Shown: piece by piece, positions 63,001-64,000 of the stretch
How positions within the stretch are numbered: position 1 is the stretch's first letter
Layout of the letters: each line of letters opens with the position of its first letter
Source of the DNA: Eledone cirrhosa
Taxonomy: Eukaryota
DNA length: 64,000 bases
Direction of reading: 5' to 3'
Assembly (NCBI GenBank): GCA_964016885.1
Contig: OZ024744.1
Span: forward strand, 84,010,001 to 84,074,000
Program-made: the position numbers and the translations under genes
Notes under the pieces: model-generated
Databases searched by the model: none
The model's input: only the letters and a program-made list of their open reading frames with translations
What the model was told of the DNA's origin: nothing

Positions 63001-64000
63001 TTTTGGCCAAGGTGCTAGCAAAGGGGTTGGCGCTTGTCGTTGGTGGTCTGGTGGGTGAGGCGCAGACATGCGCCATTCCCGACAGATCCATCCACGACAA
63101 CTTCCACCTCATGCGATACATCGTGGAGAGGGTAGCGAGGGACCCTGGCACGGATGGGTCCTTGATCAATTTAGATCAGTCGAAAGCTTTCGATAGGGTT
63201 GACCATCGTTATCTGGTGGCAGTCCTGAGGGCAGCTGGCTTTGGGTTCGTCTTCAGAGGCTGGATGCACAGCGACATTTGCTCTGTGGTGAGAGTTAACG
63301 GTCACCTTTCGGAACCGTTCAACATCATGCGCTCGGTCCGCCAAGGATGTCCCCTCTCGTCACTCTTGTACGTATTGACTCTCGAGCTATTACTGCACAA
63401 ACTGGAGACGTTGAGGGGCGTCCCGCGCGAACTAGGATGCAGAAGATCCGTGTCAGCATATGCGGACGATGTCACCGTAGTGGTGTCGAACGCCAAACAC
63501 ATTGAGGTGATCAGCACTACACTAAGAGAATACGAAGCGGTGACCAGGAAAAATCGGGCGGCCTGCATCTTGGCACCTGGGGAGGCAGGTCCATGCCGTT
63601 CAACAGCGTCGTCGGGCGCTGGACGGAGGGACTGGTTAAATTGCTAGGTGTCTGGTTCGGTCCGGACCTCCAGACGGACAAAAACTGGGACGAAGTGACG
63701 AGCAGGGTGGCTTCTCTCACCCAGAAATGGGCAAAGAGGAAGCTTACCCTGAAAGGTAGAGTGGAGGTTGCGAATGCGTACATCGCGTCCGTCATCTACT
63801 ATCGCCTGACCATCGTGCCTTGTCCTAAGCCTCCCCTGACTGCGCTGGAGCGTTTGATCTTTCGATTTTTGTCGAAGGGACGCGCTCCGATGGTCAATGC
63901 GGTCCATCTGCTATCAACACCCGCTACGGGAGGGCTGGCCATGCGTGGCTGATGATACGCAGACACGCGCTCAGGCTTCGGTATCTGCACCTCTTCCTCG
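60054..64000 (+). mobile_element. Tx1 LINE copy F (same subfamily as D), runs off the window end
   Basis: ORF1 from 60126 to TAA at 61437-61439 with an internal deletion; ORF2 from 61475 (MTLLRIGSINARG), LDQSKAFDRVDH, VRQGCPLS, AYADD. Confidence 0.93.

Overview
This is AT-rich eukaryotic DNA, most likely cephalopod/octopus-like (inferred from the SINE types, microsatellite load and LINE repertoire). It is almost entirely transposable elements and simple repeats, and I recognise no intact host gene. It holds five large decayed Tx1/L1-clade LINEs plus fragments, four R4/Dong-type REL-endonuclease LINE copies, and nine copies of one tRNA-derived SINE. It also holds Penelope-like (GIY-YIG) remnants with several minimal hammerhead ribozyme motifs, a decayed Helitron Rep gene with non-autonomous Helitron-like ends, and MITE/foldback elements. 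Five observations stand out. (1) All five divergent Tx1 copies carry a perfect 5' splice-site consensus (AG|GTAAGT) on the ORF1 stop codon, 28-40 nt before the ORF2 ATG. (2) The SINE shares its 3' tail with the Tx1 LINEs. (3) Tx1, the SINE and Dong stack serially in the same (ATT/TAA)n microsatellite with a consistent strand rule, while a sister Tx1 lineage uses (TCTA)n. (4) Several hammerhead motifs sit beside microsatellites. (5) A recurring CTAG-bounded palindrome joins Helitron-like 5' ends. All calls were made by eye; element boundaries are approximate and no database search was run.
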